DNA of 52,560 nt, the filler included, from Bipalium vagum (Eukaryota): assembly GCA_037834085.1 (NCBI GenBank). It is 3 parts of 3 records of this genome, joined end to end, with 100 filler letters (N's around TTAATTAATTAA, not from the genome) between each part and the next. Parts side by side here need not be neighbours in the genome. Positions count along the whole stretch, not along the records: positions 20,012 to 35,649 come from JBBMKC010154295.1; positions 35,750 to 52,560 come from JBBMKC010092925.1; 1 more part is not named here. One strand, given 5' to 3'. A model generated the notes under the pieces. That model was not told where the DNA came from and ran no database searches. It worked only from the letters and a program-made list of their open reading frames with translations. Positions within the stretch are counted from its first letter, which is position 1, and each line of letters starts with the position of its first letter. The translations under genes and the position numbers were made by a program. Of this stretch, positions 25,101 to 37,557 are shown piece after piece.

Positions 25101-27216
25101 ATTATTTAAATTATTTAATATAAAAAATTATCCCCTTTCATTAAAAATTTTAACTAAAAAATATCTATTGACCATTAAAATCTATAACTTATAAAAATGT
25201 TAATAATCGTTAATTTAGGTGTGAGGTCCTCATTAAAAAACTTCATCCAAGCTAATGGTTCGAACCACTCCTTATACATGAAATACACAAGCCGAAAGTT
25301 TACTTATCTTTTAAAGATATTACATTTAAACAATGAAACTGAGATCTAATAATATTATTGTGAATTAAAATCAATGTACTTGTGTGTGGTTTGAATACTT
25401 TATTAATTTTTAAGTCTCTAAGGAAATATAGAAATATAATAGTATTTGAGATCGACTCAATCCATGTCTAAAATAAGAATTGGATTAAAATAAATTATAT
25501 TTAATTATTGCTTTGTGTAGGAACATTGGTATATGTTTGTGATTTCTTAAATAATTGTTTTAATTATAGAACTGAATATTTATGAAACTAAATAATGGAA
25601 ATATTTAATAAAAAAGATTATTAAATAGATGTCTTAAAATACAATAATTAAATACTTCAATATGATTGGCTGATTTGGTTTTCGCTTAGGCGATAATTGC
25701 TTCTAATCATTTTATTAAGCAAGAAATATTTTTGGATTATTTGCATCATTTTATAAAATGAAAATTATATTTAATAATTTATTTTTTTTAATTCTCAAAT
25801 CTAAGAGAATTTTATTTCTACACATGAAAAAAACGGTTTTTCCGATAAATAATGTTAAAAAATATTTTTGAATTTTTAAACTCAGTGCTAAATTGCGATC
25901 GATTCATTTATACACTTAACTATTTCACTTAACTGTAGATATTTGGGTGAAATTCTTTGTTTCAACATCATAAAATATTAATTTTAAAAATTTCTCAATT
26001 AATTTCTTTTCTTTACCTTTATGAACTTTTATGTCCAACTAATTATTTCGAGAAATATTATTAAGACAGTGATAGTAACAATAGAATTACTATATCATAA
26101 ATAGAACCATTAGGTTACATTTATTATTTTAACCATTCTAATCTGTTACATTTTGATTTCCTTTATCCGATTTGATATTCTTATTCCGATTTTATTCATT
26201 TTTTTACCTCCCTCCAAGGAGCCATAAAATATTTATATTATATTTATTGATTTTTTTGTCGAATGGTTTTTAGTAAAAGATAATACATCAATGCTTTGTA
26301 TCCAGTTTTTTGATACATTTTCCATAAGATTACATACCTGAGCTTACACTAAAATCGTTATTAATTTTTTTATGGCTATTCTTATTTCGGTAATATTTAT
26401 CTTTCGATTTTTTTAGTTTTTCTAAATTATCTTATCTGCTATGAAAATTTCTTACCTTATTCCATACATTAATCGCTTAGTAAAATAACGTATAGGTCCT
26501 TACCTATGTATTTTTATGAAAGAAAAGTGAGGATGATAAAAAATAATAAATTATATTAAAAGTCAAATTAAAACAAAAATTACGTATGGTCGTGTGGACG
26601 TATGGTGACCTTGAATTCGGATAAGAGACGTAATTCACGTTTTCCATCAGATAATTGAATGCACGTTTGAGAATTAAAGGAGAGGTACCGACAAAAGGAA
26701 AATCAACTCTCATTAACACCATATGGATTGGGAACAAATCATTTTCCTGAAGTATTGAGTATTAATTGTTGACATTAATCAAAATGCTCAAGTTTAATAA
26801 AACATATTTTTTATTTCCTTGACACATGTTTGGTTATTAAAAATACTTTTCCAACGAATGTCCTGGTAGCCGTCCACTGGAAGACTTCACTCGTTGTTTA
26901 TCTGTTTTATGATGAGAGAATTTTTTATTTTGCTTCTTTATTATTTGTTCATATGAAAAAAGTGAATTAATTTTAGATAATATTTCCGTAATTAATTAAA
27001 AATATTGTGAAATTTTATTTGAAAAAAATAATTTAAATCGATTAATGAATTTTTATTATTATTTTATTAACTTTTTAAAATTATTTTTACTTTCATTAAA
27101 TAATTGTCTTTTTAATCCATTTTTAAAAGAACCAATTTTGTGCCTTCTAGAATAAAATTCTTATTTCTTTTATAAATTTTGTTATAATTAATAAAAAAAT
27201 AATAATAATAATAATA

Positions 27217-27254
<38 letters not shown>

Positions 27255-28621
27255 TATTATTATAAATAAATAAATAATTGAATTAAATTAAAAAAGTAGT
27301 ATTCTGAATTTTATAATTTAATTTTTTAATTATTTGTAAATAATATTTAAAAAATAAACTTTAATGAATAATATTAATGACGACAATTAGATTTTTGTAA
27401 ATATATAAAATTTAAATTAAATAATTTTATTAGAATATTTTATTATGAATTTATTTATTTGACACAAAAAAGATTTTCCAATCTTTAATTTAAGTTTATA
27501 TATTTTAAAATTATAACTTAACATATNNNNNNNNNNNNNNNNNNNNNNNNNNNNNNNNNNNNNNNNNNNNNNNNNNNNNNNNNNNNNNNNNNNNNNNNNN
27601 NNNNNNNNNNNNNNNNNNNNNNNNNNNNNNNNNNNNNNNNNNNNNNNNNNNNNNNNNNNNNNNNNNNNNNNNNNNNNNNNNNNNNNNNNNNNNNNNNNNN
27701 NNNNATAAAATTAAAGATAAATTCATTTTAAGTCGATTCTTCCTTGTCATGTTTAATTTTCGTTAATTTAAAATCTTTTCTTAAATTATTCCCCTTTATT
27801 GATCTTTCTTTTCTACTTTTATTGTTTCAATTTTTTTCCACGTGTAATTTCAGTTGGTTAATTTGCATATTTATTCATGAAATGTTTAATTATTCCCTTC
27901 TTTCATTTTATTTTTTGTATTGTTCTAATGGAGCAATGACTGAAACGTTTCATATGATTTGAAAGAAAAAAACGTTAAAAATACGTCTTTAATATTAAAA
28001 AATTATTTTTATAACCGAAACCTTGGGGAGAACAAAACACATTGACAGTAGACACCCTCATTGATAAGGCTCGATCTGCGTGAATGATTCCCATTTCAAC
28101 CTTAATCAATCATAAAAATAATTATTTTTCACATTATTATTTATTATTTATTATTATTGTTGTTATTTATAGTACACATTTCGTTTTAGATTATAAGAAT
28201 CTGGAGTCGTTTAGTGTTGTGCAGGAAATGTACAAACAAGTGTTTCGACTGTTTTGGATATCGATTTTAAGTATGTTAACAAATGTCATTGTACTGCTAA
28301 TGGATTTTCTCCTTCATATCAGTCGACCTGGACATCCAGTTCATCAATTCTTCGAACAGCTTTTCTTCTCCAAAAATCTCTGCTGTTCTGCTAAATTTCC
28401 AGTGTCCCGGCGATCTGATCAATCCCATTTTGACAAAGATTCCTTCGGTCTTTGAAGACGAACTGTGCCAGAAATTGCATGTTATATTTAAAGTGCTTGG
28501 TCAAAGACTACAGGAGTTCAATATTGAACACCAGTCCATCATTGATAAGCTAAAGAAAAGCAAGCCGGAATTGCCTTACCCCGAGCTTTATAAGGACATG
28601 TTCCAACTGTCGACCTTTTAA
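22110..28621 (+). CDS. Nuclear receptor (G-box, hinge and ligand-binding domain); DNA-binding domain exons not in the window; candidate 2DBD-NR or NR1-related
   Basis: Exons 22110-22417, 22990-23401, 28190-28270, 28323-28621 with compatible phases. Motifs: SRIGRQPNAVKH (C-terminal extension G-box), LBD signature VFFAKKIPGFNSLSLSDKRTLV, H8 QLGLLCLLELC, H10/11 RLQEFNIEHQSII, AF-2 YPELYKDMF, then stop. Confidence 0.88.
24447..24599. mobile_element. Possible mariner-derived mini element
   Basis: The left end tattatggggatgcataagttcacatcgctgttt and right end aatttacgttaacccctaata resemble degenerate inverted mariner termini. Confidence 0.3.
27198..27262. repeat. Inverted compound microsatellite (AAT)n-(ATT)n
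   Basis: About 6 AAT units switch directly into about 14 TAT/ATT units, making the array self-complementary. Confidence 0.85.
27527..27704. other. Scaffold gap (178 N) inside a nuclear receptor intron
   Basis: Plain N run with no linker; exon phases on either side (23401 to 28190) are compatible. Confidence 0.9.
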
Positions 28622-30669
28622 ATATGATGTTTTCTGCTTATCATCTATCTGTAACTAAAATAGTTTGTGTCCTCTTTTAAATTTGTTATAAATAATTTCT
28701 ATTTGTTTTTATCTCTATGTGGTTTTTTGTTAAAAAATAAATGTCATTTTATATACATCCCAATATCGTCTCTCGATTTCATACGTTTTCCTGACGTTAT
28801 TCCCATAATTTGGAGAAATGGATGAGATAGTGGGAGATGAAGATGTGGTGGATTAAAAGGGAAGAGATAATAAAAAAAGAGAGAATAAGGCATAATAGGA
28901 ATAGGAAATTGGTAATAAAAGATGATAAGACATATAAAAATAGAGAAATAGGTAATTAAAATGATTAATACAAGAAATAATTAAGAGAAAATAAGAAAGG
29001 AATAATAAGAGGTATGGTAGGAGATTACGACATAAGAAAATAGAAGGACATAATTGAATATGAACAGAAAGGAAGTAAAATATTGTAAGACCAGAAGTGA
29101 TAATTTTAACGTTTGAGGCCATCATTGATTTGGTGTTTAGAATATAAAGGTCACATACTCATTAACTAAACATAAATAAATAAAACTGGAGTAACAGAAA
29201 ATTCTACATAATCCAATAATATTTTTATTAATATATTAAATATTTGGACAAAAAACATTTTGATTTGTAAGTAAAGTAAAATATTTGAACATTTTCATTC
29301 ATTGTCAACGTTATCCTTTTTGTGGATGTTTAAAAGCGGAGAACATTCTCAACCTTATCAATATAACACAATCTCAGTTTTTTGTGGTTTTCAATTTTGA
29401 AGGTGTTTTTCCCAGTTTCGAATCTGGTTGTGAACCTTCCAACATTTTGTGATCCTTCATTGTGATCGCTTTGTTATTGTAATCTTGTTTGTTATATTCA
29501 TTTTCCTCTAAATAAATTTTGTTTGCATAAGAATACGTTTTGTTCTGATGGAGGAGTGATCAAAATAAATCTAGTTTCATAAAAATCGGGATTTTCTTGA
29601 ATAACAAAATCTCTTGGTTTTCTTTTGAACAATAATGTCTTTTGAAGGATATACGTTATAGAAGAAGATCTACAAATCTAAATAAGTGACAATCTGTGGA
29701 AGGACGGAATGTTGATGAAGTGTCATATCTAAAATCCTTAAAGCTTTCATGGTTTACATTGTTCAATAGTTTGTCAGATGGACGCTTGCGGAAAATTGAT
29801 GAAAAGATATCCTACAAATTTGGATTTGTTCAAAGTTATTGAAATAAGCGTTCTTCTTTCACTGTGTTTACGGAATCGCCATGGTCAAACCACGACTGAC
29901 ATCATAAAACTCTTATAAATATCGTTTTGGTCTATAATTTTTCTTCTGAACAGAATTTCAATCAATCAATCCCTAAGATGTCCGTCCGCAGTTGTCATGG
30001 AGCTGTCACCTTTTGACAGTAACCTATGTAGTTAAAGTGGATCACTTTTATTTCCTTTAATTAAAATTGTGTCGATCTAATTTAACATTTTTTATATTTA
30101 TTTGATACAATGACGTCCGATCGTTTAACATTTTATCTTAGAATTTTATTTATATTTTCCAATGGTTTGATACGTCTTGTTTCCCCGTTCATGAGTTTTA
30201 CTTAACAAAAACCTCAAATTAACTATTACATGCAAAGGGATATTGCTCACCTTTTCATTTTTAAAGTGCAGTGCAGGACTTTGCAAACCAACAAAAAATA
30301 AATGTCCTACTATATAGCATACTCTACAATGTTGTTTACATTGGTAATTGCGACCGCCACATAAATTCCAAGTTTATAATTGACTTATTTTTGTCAGCAT
30401 AGAGAAAAAATGTCAAAAATCCCTAATGTATTACAAAAATTTTTAAATACAAATATTTGTTTGTTTGATCTAATACTACTCTTAAAATTCTGAAACATTT
30501 CTGGAATCGGAATCGGCGTGATAAAATTGACAATGATAAAATTCGATATTGAAAAAATTTATAAATTTGTTTTAAATAGGTAAGCATTTGAAATAGAAGT
30601 TATAAATAAACTATGAAACTTGTAGTGGTCAATTACCGCTCGATGATTCACTGTGATTTTAAATATTTC

Positions 30670-30800
30670 CTTACTCAGAAGCGATATCAGGATCAATTTA
30701 AGGAATCTAATGCTGCCGACCATCAATATTTTTGAAGCATTGGCTACTCAAACTAGGAGCTCTGTCAGGTCCTATATAAGAGACTCAGAAACCTGCCTGA
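30670..30800 (+). mobile_element. Possible RTE LINE 3'-end fragment
   Basis: QKRYQDQFKES.. / INIFEALATQTRSSVRSYIRD resembles the RTE C-terminal pattern 'KRYKD.LK......I...WE.LA.DR..WR..I'. Confidence 0.3.
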
Positions 30801-30835
30801 ATCTCACAAAATGTGATTATTGAAATAAGCGCTAT

Positions 30836-32035
30836 TATTCGTTCATTAAGTATGAAATGTCGGGTTTGAATAATCCAAAGTTTAACATTTGATATTGCTT
30901 TTTATAGCGCGTGCTTAAATATCTAATTATATTATAAATTGGCATTCTTAGAGCAAGTTTTCTAGACAATGGATATTTTAAAAATTCGTATCATTTTTGA
31001 ATATGAATTCCTTTGTGGAACTAATGCATGGAAAACTATTCGAAATATGAGTGATATGTTTGGGAGCAAGGTCTTCAGTGAACGAATGATGCACCGGTGG
31101 TTTCAAAAGTTTCGTGCAAGAAATTTCTTACTTCAAAATATGCAACATGGTCGATCTGAGAAGAAGGTGAATAACCTGACCTGAAAGCTGTAATGAAGAA
31201 GAATCCATCTCAAAGTACTCTGGAGTTAGCATTGAAATTCAATGCCTTCATCCCTACAATAATTGATTATTTGAAGCCAATTAAGGACTTTAAAAAGCTT
31301 GACCGATAGGTCTCTCACGAATTATGAAAATATCAGAAAACAAATTATCTTTAAGCTTGTCTTTCCTTGTTGTTACGACAGAAAGGTGAATCATTTCTTC
31401 AAAGTATCGTGACCTGTGACTGAAAATTGATTAGGTTCGATAATCGCACTCAATCATTTCAATGGTTGGATAAAGATGAAGCACCCAGATACTGTCCAAA
31501 CCCGAACGTTCACTAAAAGAAAATAATTGAATCCATCTGGTGGTCCAGTGCTTGTATTATCCACTATGCCTTTTCAAAACCAGAAAAATCTATTAAAACA
31601 GAAAATCAATTAAAGGATATGATAAAGTATCTTGGTCAATCGAGAAAAACTAATTCCCTAGCAAGATAACGCTCGACCACATGATACCAAAGCAACGCTT
31701 CTCCAACTGGAAACTCTCTTTCGCTCACCGTATTAACCAGAGTTTGCGCCATCTAACTACCATTTCTTCCGAGCTATAGATCATTTCTTGGTTGGAAAAG
31801 TATTCAATACAGAAGCGGCTGCGAAAACGCCTATCGTGACTTCATCTTCATTCTACCACCAGACTTCTTTGCTGCTGGAATAAACAAGTTACCATTACGT
31901 TGGCAGAACTTTGTTGTCAGTTTTGGTGATCATTTTGAATCAGTATTCCGTTTTTGGTCTCTTATATTGTAAAGCAAAATATTGATTAAAAACCACTTAA
32001 TGAGTAAAAACCACTTATTTGAGTAAGATGTTATT
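30836..32035 (+). mobile_element. Decayed near-full-length mariner (cecropia-like)
   Basis: ORF 30969 MDILKIRIIFEYEF..HRWFQKFR..HGRSE, then FLQSIVTCD, QDNARPH, SPY*PEFAPSNYHFFRAIDHFL, GINKLPLRWQ..GDHFE (about 31940); termini degenerate. Confidence 0.88.
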
Positions 32036-33499
32036 ATTAGCTTGATAAAGGGGTATGTTTTGATTTTAAAGTTATTGATAGTTTTGATTTATCGATTTTA
32101 ATATTTTTTTAACTATTGAATATTGATAAAATCATTTGCAATATATTTTGAAGTCATCTATTATTTTTTTAATTTTGAAAGAATGCTCATGTGCCTAATA
32201 GTGTGGTCTGGATTGTGAGCGGTCAATGGGAACTATATTAGGCCCGAGCGATCTTAAAGGGAAAACTTATTAAAGGGATTATCATAAGCTACAGTTACAT
32301 TGCATTGTTGCTCATTTCATTAATATTTATTACATTAATTGGAATTTTGAGTTCCATTTTAATACCATTATTTTTCATTTATTACTGCATTTTGATAATT
32401 GGGATCAAACAATAAATAGACCAAAGATACTTGTGGGGCTATCGTATTAAATGGAAGTTCAGATCATGGAATTAGCGCTAGCTCGAAAAGATATTCTTTT
32501 TATAAATTGATTTCCCGATACCTGGTTGACAAAACATTGTCGCTGTGTGATTGTTATCATCATTTCATCTCAAAATTTAAAGGTATAGTTAAAAATTTAA
32601 CAAAGAAAAACGGAAATCAGTTTTTAAAAAATTAATTTAATAATTTTAATTAATTAATTAAAATCAATTAAATTTAATTAATTAATTAATTAAATTTATG
32701 AAAATTTCATCTTTTAAAGATGTGGAAAGTGTGGAAAGAAGAATTTTACAAATAATTTTTCGCAAACAAAGATGAAAAAAATAATATTAAAAAAATTTTC
32801 AAGAAATTTAAAACCGGATTTTTTTAATTATATGAAACGAAAATGAACAAATCAATTTATTTAGGTTTCGTATTTCAGAATTATCTAAATTATTAAGATA
32901 ATAAATTATTATATTAACAATACAATATTACGTTCTTCTCCAGGGATTTACACAATTTTAACACAAGAGAAATTAGCAGAAAGTCTTTATGAATATTAAA
33001 ACAAATTAAAAGATCGGACGGATTCTCCCAATTTTTATAAAATGAATTTGTAACTGAGTGAAAGTTTTAAAGAGAGAATTAGATAAAAAGGGAAAAAGAA
33101 TGAGGAAATTCTTTCATTAATTAAAAAAAGAAATATTGTTAGACTTTTCTGCCTTAGCTCGATATCAGAGAGGTGTGGTTCAAGTAAAAAGGTAAGGAAT
33201 TCCAAAGTGAATTTGGAAAAAAATTTATAAAATTAGAAATCTAAAAAATATAGACATAAATTTACAACTTAAACATAACTTGCGATCTAGACACCATTAG
33301 TTTACCTTCGTCAGACTGGGCTGGGTTTAGTGAATGATAAGTATTCTTAAAGGTATAATTTTGTATTAAAAATCAAAAGTTAAGAAAAAATTTGATAAAA
33401 AAAATTAATTTTATTGATTTTCCATCATGTTTTCTTGATATTGATTTCTTTTCAAATTCTGGATTTTAAATTAATTAAGCGGTGCCATATACAAGAATA

Positions 33500-34454
33500 A
33501 GGCAATTGGCTGGATTAGTGGTCAGAGATATATATATTCCCTTGAAGAAACAGTGAGGTATGAAACATCAAAACAATGTTCAACCGACTTAGGAGGATAA
33601 ATTTGAATCTTTCTGATTCCGAAAGTCAATAAAAAAGGTGCACATGGAGACCTTGGGAATGTTTTGCATTATACAGCAGTAGTCACTCAAGCAGGTAGTA
33701 ATGATTCAAAAACACGCGTTCAAAAATGATGAATACCTCTTAGCCTTACTCTGAAGAACAAGGAAAGGTAATCAAAAAAATATGCTGTCCCTCCAAACAA
33801 GATTTAAAGAGAATTTTTGCACAAAATTGTTACGGGGGATTGGAAATGTGTATATATTCTAAGGGAAAAAGATCTTGGATGTTTTCATGTGATGTCTTTG
33901 ATTATTGTGAAGCTCAATATCCATTCAATCAAACCTTTGTTGTGCATTTGGTGGGACTAACTGAGAGTGGTTTGCTATGAAATGTTGAAACCGAGTCAAA
34001 CAATCCCATTGAAAAGGTACATAAGCAATATGAATCGCCTCAAATAAACACCTAAAATAAAGCATTTACGGTTCTTGAAAAAAGGCCTGTTATTCTTCTG
34101 CATGTCAATGCCGACGAGATTCATCAACGACTACCATGTACCATTTTTCCTTTTTAAGTTGCTTTTTCTTTCCTTCAAGTTTCCTTCTTTTGCTCATGCG
34201 ACTTACTTATCTCACATGGCGCCACCAGATTATTATTTATTCAAAACGGTTGATAATGATAAAAAAAAACCTATCTCTAATTATAAAGATTCAAAATCGT
34301 CATCTTTTATCCAGACTGGAATCTACCAGATATCAGAAAAGATGTTAAAATGCATCGAGAATGATGGAGATTATATAAATATATATTTCTTTTATCAGTC
34401 TTTTGATCTGTAATAAAATTAAAAATGGTCACCTTTTCAACTTGTTGACCTCAT
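33500..34454 (+). mobile_element. Heavily decayed mariner
   Basis: FLHKIVTGD, LLCIWWD, LLHVNA, YLSHMAPPDYYLF, CIENDGDY; TIR-like end ..cttgttgacctcata. The left boundary is approximate. Confidence 0.75.
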
Positions 34455-35226
34455 AAGTCGTTTCCATAATTGTTTTCTTCTCTATGCTAAGTTGCCTATC
34501 TAACTCAAACCCTAGACAAATTATGGGAACTTAACATAAATGTTGCAGTCCACCTCATTAAGAACTTTTTAACATTTGAGACAATTACCTGTCCTGCTTT
34601 ATCTTGGTCATTTAAATAGGGACGATTATAAAAAGCAAGATAAAATTATTTTTAAAAGAAATGAAGAATATCATTTCACAAAATTTTAATCTATAGAGCA
34701 ATATCACTAAGTCCAACTCGATAATGGTCTTCACCATTTTCACCTAAGGTATATCTTACAGACCACCTTCTTATAACTCAAATCATTTAACGAAAGAAGT
34801 CTTAAAAATCGTTATTAAACCGTCTTTTGTCGAATATCTCCATTTTATTCTTATTCCCTCCAGTCTCCACCTGCAAAAGCTTTTCATGAGTGTCTTTGTG
34901 CTATGGTTTTTAATCAGAGGTTACGTTGTCAATGATTTGTGATATCTAAGTCCATGTCCTTTTCCATATAAAACTGAGTGAAATAATAATTTTATTCATT
35001 AAAACAAAATATTTAACAAGATCTTCATGCATGACAGGATTTTAGTTTAAGCTGTCCTATGTGGAATTTTCGGTTTTCTAAAAGCCTCATTTTAAAGACG
35101 TCGGAAAATAAGAACTCGAAAACAAATAAAATGCTCAATTATACAGGTGAATCTAAATCTACAAAAAATGATATAAAATAGAATTTCGGTTTCCGTTAAT
35201 AAAACGAACAACGCCAATTTCGTTTT

Positions 35227-35430
35227 TTACAGATCTATCAATCGTTTCTTGAAAAACGTTTTCTCCTTTTTCAACATTATCTTATCGGCTTCCAAGCTCG
35301 TTTCCTCTTCGATCTCGTCGTCCGTTGTCTGATCTTCTAATTCACAGATCGGGGGGACGTCGTTGTTATTATCGTCGAATTCCAGATCGTCTTTCTGTTT
35401 AATTATTACATATTTCAATACTGCAATAAA
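35227..35430 (-). mobile_element. Possible PIF/Harbinger transposase C-terminal fragment
   Basis: AVLKYVIIKQKDDLEFDD, an acidic tract, then KRLIDL* loosely fits the 'ACAVLHN...acidic...R..LI' ending of Harbinger transposases; no catalytic motif seen. Confidence 0.25.
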
Positions 35431-35579
35431 CAATAAATTATGGTAGACTGAGAAAGAGAACGTTCCGGTAATATGTATTACAAATGATGTAATAATTTCA
35501 TTAGAAGAAAAACGTTCACTTTGAAACATATAAGGGTGCAAGAATAAACTAATTGAAAATGGAAAATATATTATTATAA

Positions 35580-35649
<70 letters not shown>
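35580..35649. repeat. (TTA)n microsatellite at contig end
   Basis: Perfect run of about 23 units directly before the spacer. Confidence 0.95.
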
Positions 35650-35749
35650 NNNNNNNNNNNNNNNNNNNNNNNNNNNNNNNNNNNNNNNNNNNNTTAATTA
35701 ATTAANNNNNNNNNNNNNNNNNNNNNNNNNNNNNNNNNNNNNNNNNNNN
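35650..35749. other. Artificial contig-joining spacer
   Basis: 44 N + TTAATTAATTAA (35694-35705) + 44 N. Confidence 0.9.
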
Positions 35750-36140
35750 AATAAAGTGTGTTGTTTTAAATATGAATGACTGATGATGAACTGATAATAG
35801 TTCGAAACATGTTTCTTGATAATAAACGTTTGGAAAAAATTTGTTCAAAATTATTGAAATGCGTCTATTTAAAAAATGATATACATATATATATAACCAT
35901 ATATACTGAACTTTTAAACTGTTTTATTTGATTATTCACATTTTAAAAAAAGTAGAAATTCGTTATAAGATTGTTGCCTTAATAATTTAAAAATATTTTT
36001 TCAAATAACTTTTTATATATGGTTTCCTCAAATGTTAACATAAAAAAAGTATAGTAGCACAATTTCTAGAAACTCAGAATTGAATTTATCTCATTAATAT
36101 CAAGTAAAGAACTAATTTTTTTTCGTTTTTTAATTAAAAA

Positions 36141-36405
36141 CTAAACTAAGACTTCTTTCTTCCGATATTGTGGTGGGCTGGCATTGCTGGAGTACATTAT
36201 GAAGATCAGGTGATATTTCATTTCGACTTAGTTTCATAATTGAACTTATCTCGTTATTATCCAACCCTTTTTAATGTAATTTTGAATACCACATGGATCT
36301 TCTCCGAATGAAGTAGATGTTAAGATATTGTATGTTTCTTTGACTGATTTTGAAGAGTTTTCAAATTCTTTAATAATTAAAAAAAGCTGGTTGTAACAGC
36401 TTTTC
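36141..36405 (-). mobile_element. hAT-type transposase C-terminal fragment
   Basis: ..TSFGEDPCGIQNYIK / LDNNEISSIMKLSRNEISPDLHNVLQQCQPTTISEERSLS with one frameshift; P.T....ER.(F/L)S is the hAT dimerisation-domain motif. Confidence 0.6.
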
Positions 36406-36420
36406 ATAAGCATAAGATTT

Positions 36421-37557
36421 AATCAGGATCCTAAAACATTATTAAACAATTAATCATCCAGATATTCCCCACCTTTTTCTATTCCTGTCTCGCATCTATT
36501 TAGAAGTTTATTGATCCCCATATTAAAGAAATCTCGATCTTTTGAATGAAAGAAAGAATAAAATCGGATGAGGCGATATCGGAACTATATGGTGGATGCT
36601 CCATTAGAGTCCAGTTCAATTCCTAAATAACCTTCAATGTTTTCATTGATTTGTGAGGCTTGGCATTATCTTGGTGGAAAATTACTTGTTTTCGGTTTAT
36701 CAAACTGCTCCCGTTTTCCTTCATAATGGTATGAACTCTTAGAATGTCTCAATAGACATCAGAGTTAATGTTTTCCCCGGATTTGAGAAACTTATGATAA
36801 ATAATTCCACGAGAATCCCACCAAATGCATAAAAGAACCTTGTTTCGTGTAAGATTGCGTTTTTCAATTTTTGCGGAGGCTCTCCTTTTAACGACCACAA
36901 TCTTCGTCTGGTTATGCTGTCATGATAGATCCACTTTTCATTGCAAGTTACTATTCGGTCGAGAAAAGGATCATTTCGGTTTCTTTCGATAAGTTTTGAT
37001 CAAATTTCAATGCGATTCAACTTGTTTTTTCAGCTAATTAGTGTGGAACCCATTTTTCGAGTTTATAAGTGAATCCTAACGCTTTCAGTCGGTTTCTTAT
37101 GGCTGTATCGCTTATATTTAACTCCGAAGCGATTTGTTTAGAACTAATTGATCTGTTTTGTTCAAGAAGGTCCATAATTTGATAATCTTCCAACTCTTTT
37201 GGCCTTCCAGACCTGTTTTTGTCTTCCAATAAAAAATCGCCACTATTGAATTTTTTTGAACCAATTTTGCATTGTTACTTCATTAAGCACCTGGTTAAGT
37301 TTTGAGACAGTTTCATTTGTGCTGCTTGTATTATTTTTCCATTCGTAATAAATATTTGCTCGAATTTGTGATTTGTCCAGCTAACTTTTGGAGCACCTAA
37401 TCCAGAGGATAATGGTTAATAACATTACTTATACAGTAAATTTGAAAACTAAATTTGAAACTAAAACAAAATTTAAATTGGTAGATAAATGAGAATCTCA
37501 GGGCTTACAAAGTTAAACAACTGAAAAAACGAAAAAACTTAGTTCGTTACCTGATAC
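36421..37557 (-). mobile_element. Decayed mariner
   Basis: ORF 37038-37229 RSGRPKE..LEKWVPH; FLDRIVTCNEKWI, LLCIWWD, FHQDNAKPH, HPPYSSDIAS, GGEYLDD*; TIR aaacttagttcgttacctgata ending at 37557. Confidence 0.88.

Noticed and set aside
26560-26770. Tc1-like fragment (HMDWEQIIF) in the receptor intron
   Set aside because: Only one short motif, with no catalytic D/E or TIR; insufficient support.
27511-27750. ORF spanning the N gap
   Set aside because: It is open only because N codons translate as X.
13176-28621. Apparent LPCAT-nuclear receptor fusion (acyltransferase 5' half followed by an LBD on the same strand)
   Set aside because: The artificial spacer at 19912-20011 lies between them, and the splice phases clash (LPCAT exon ends in phase 0, receptor exon needs phase 1).
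22110-28621. DBD-less nuclear receptor (NR0B-like)
   Set aside because: The first exon begins at a splice acceptor with the G-box that follows a DBD, only 2.1 kb from the contig start; truncation is the simpler explanation.
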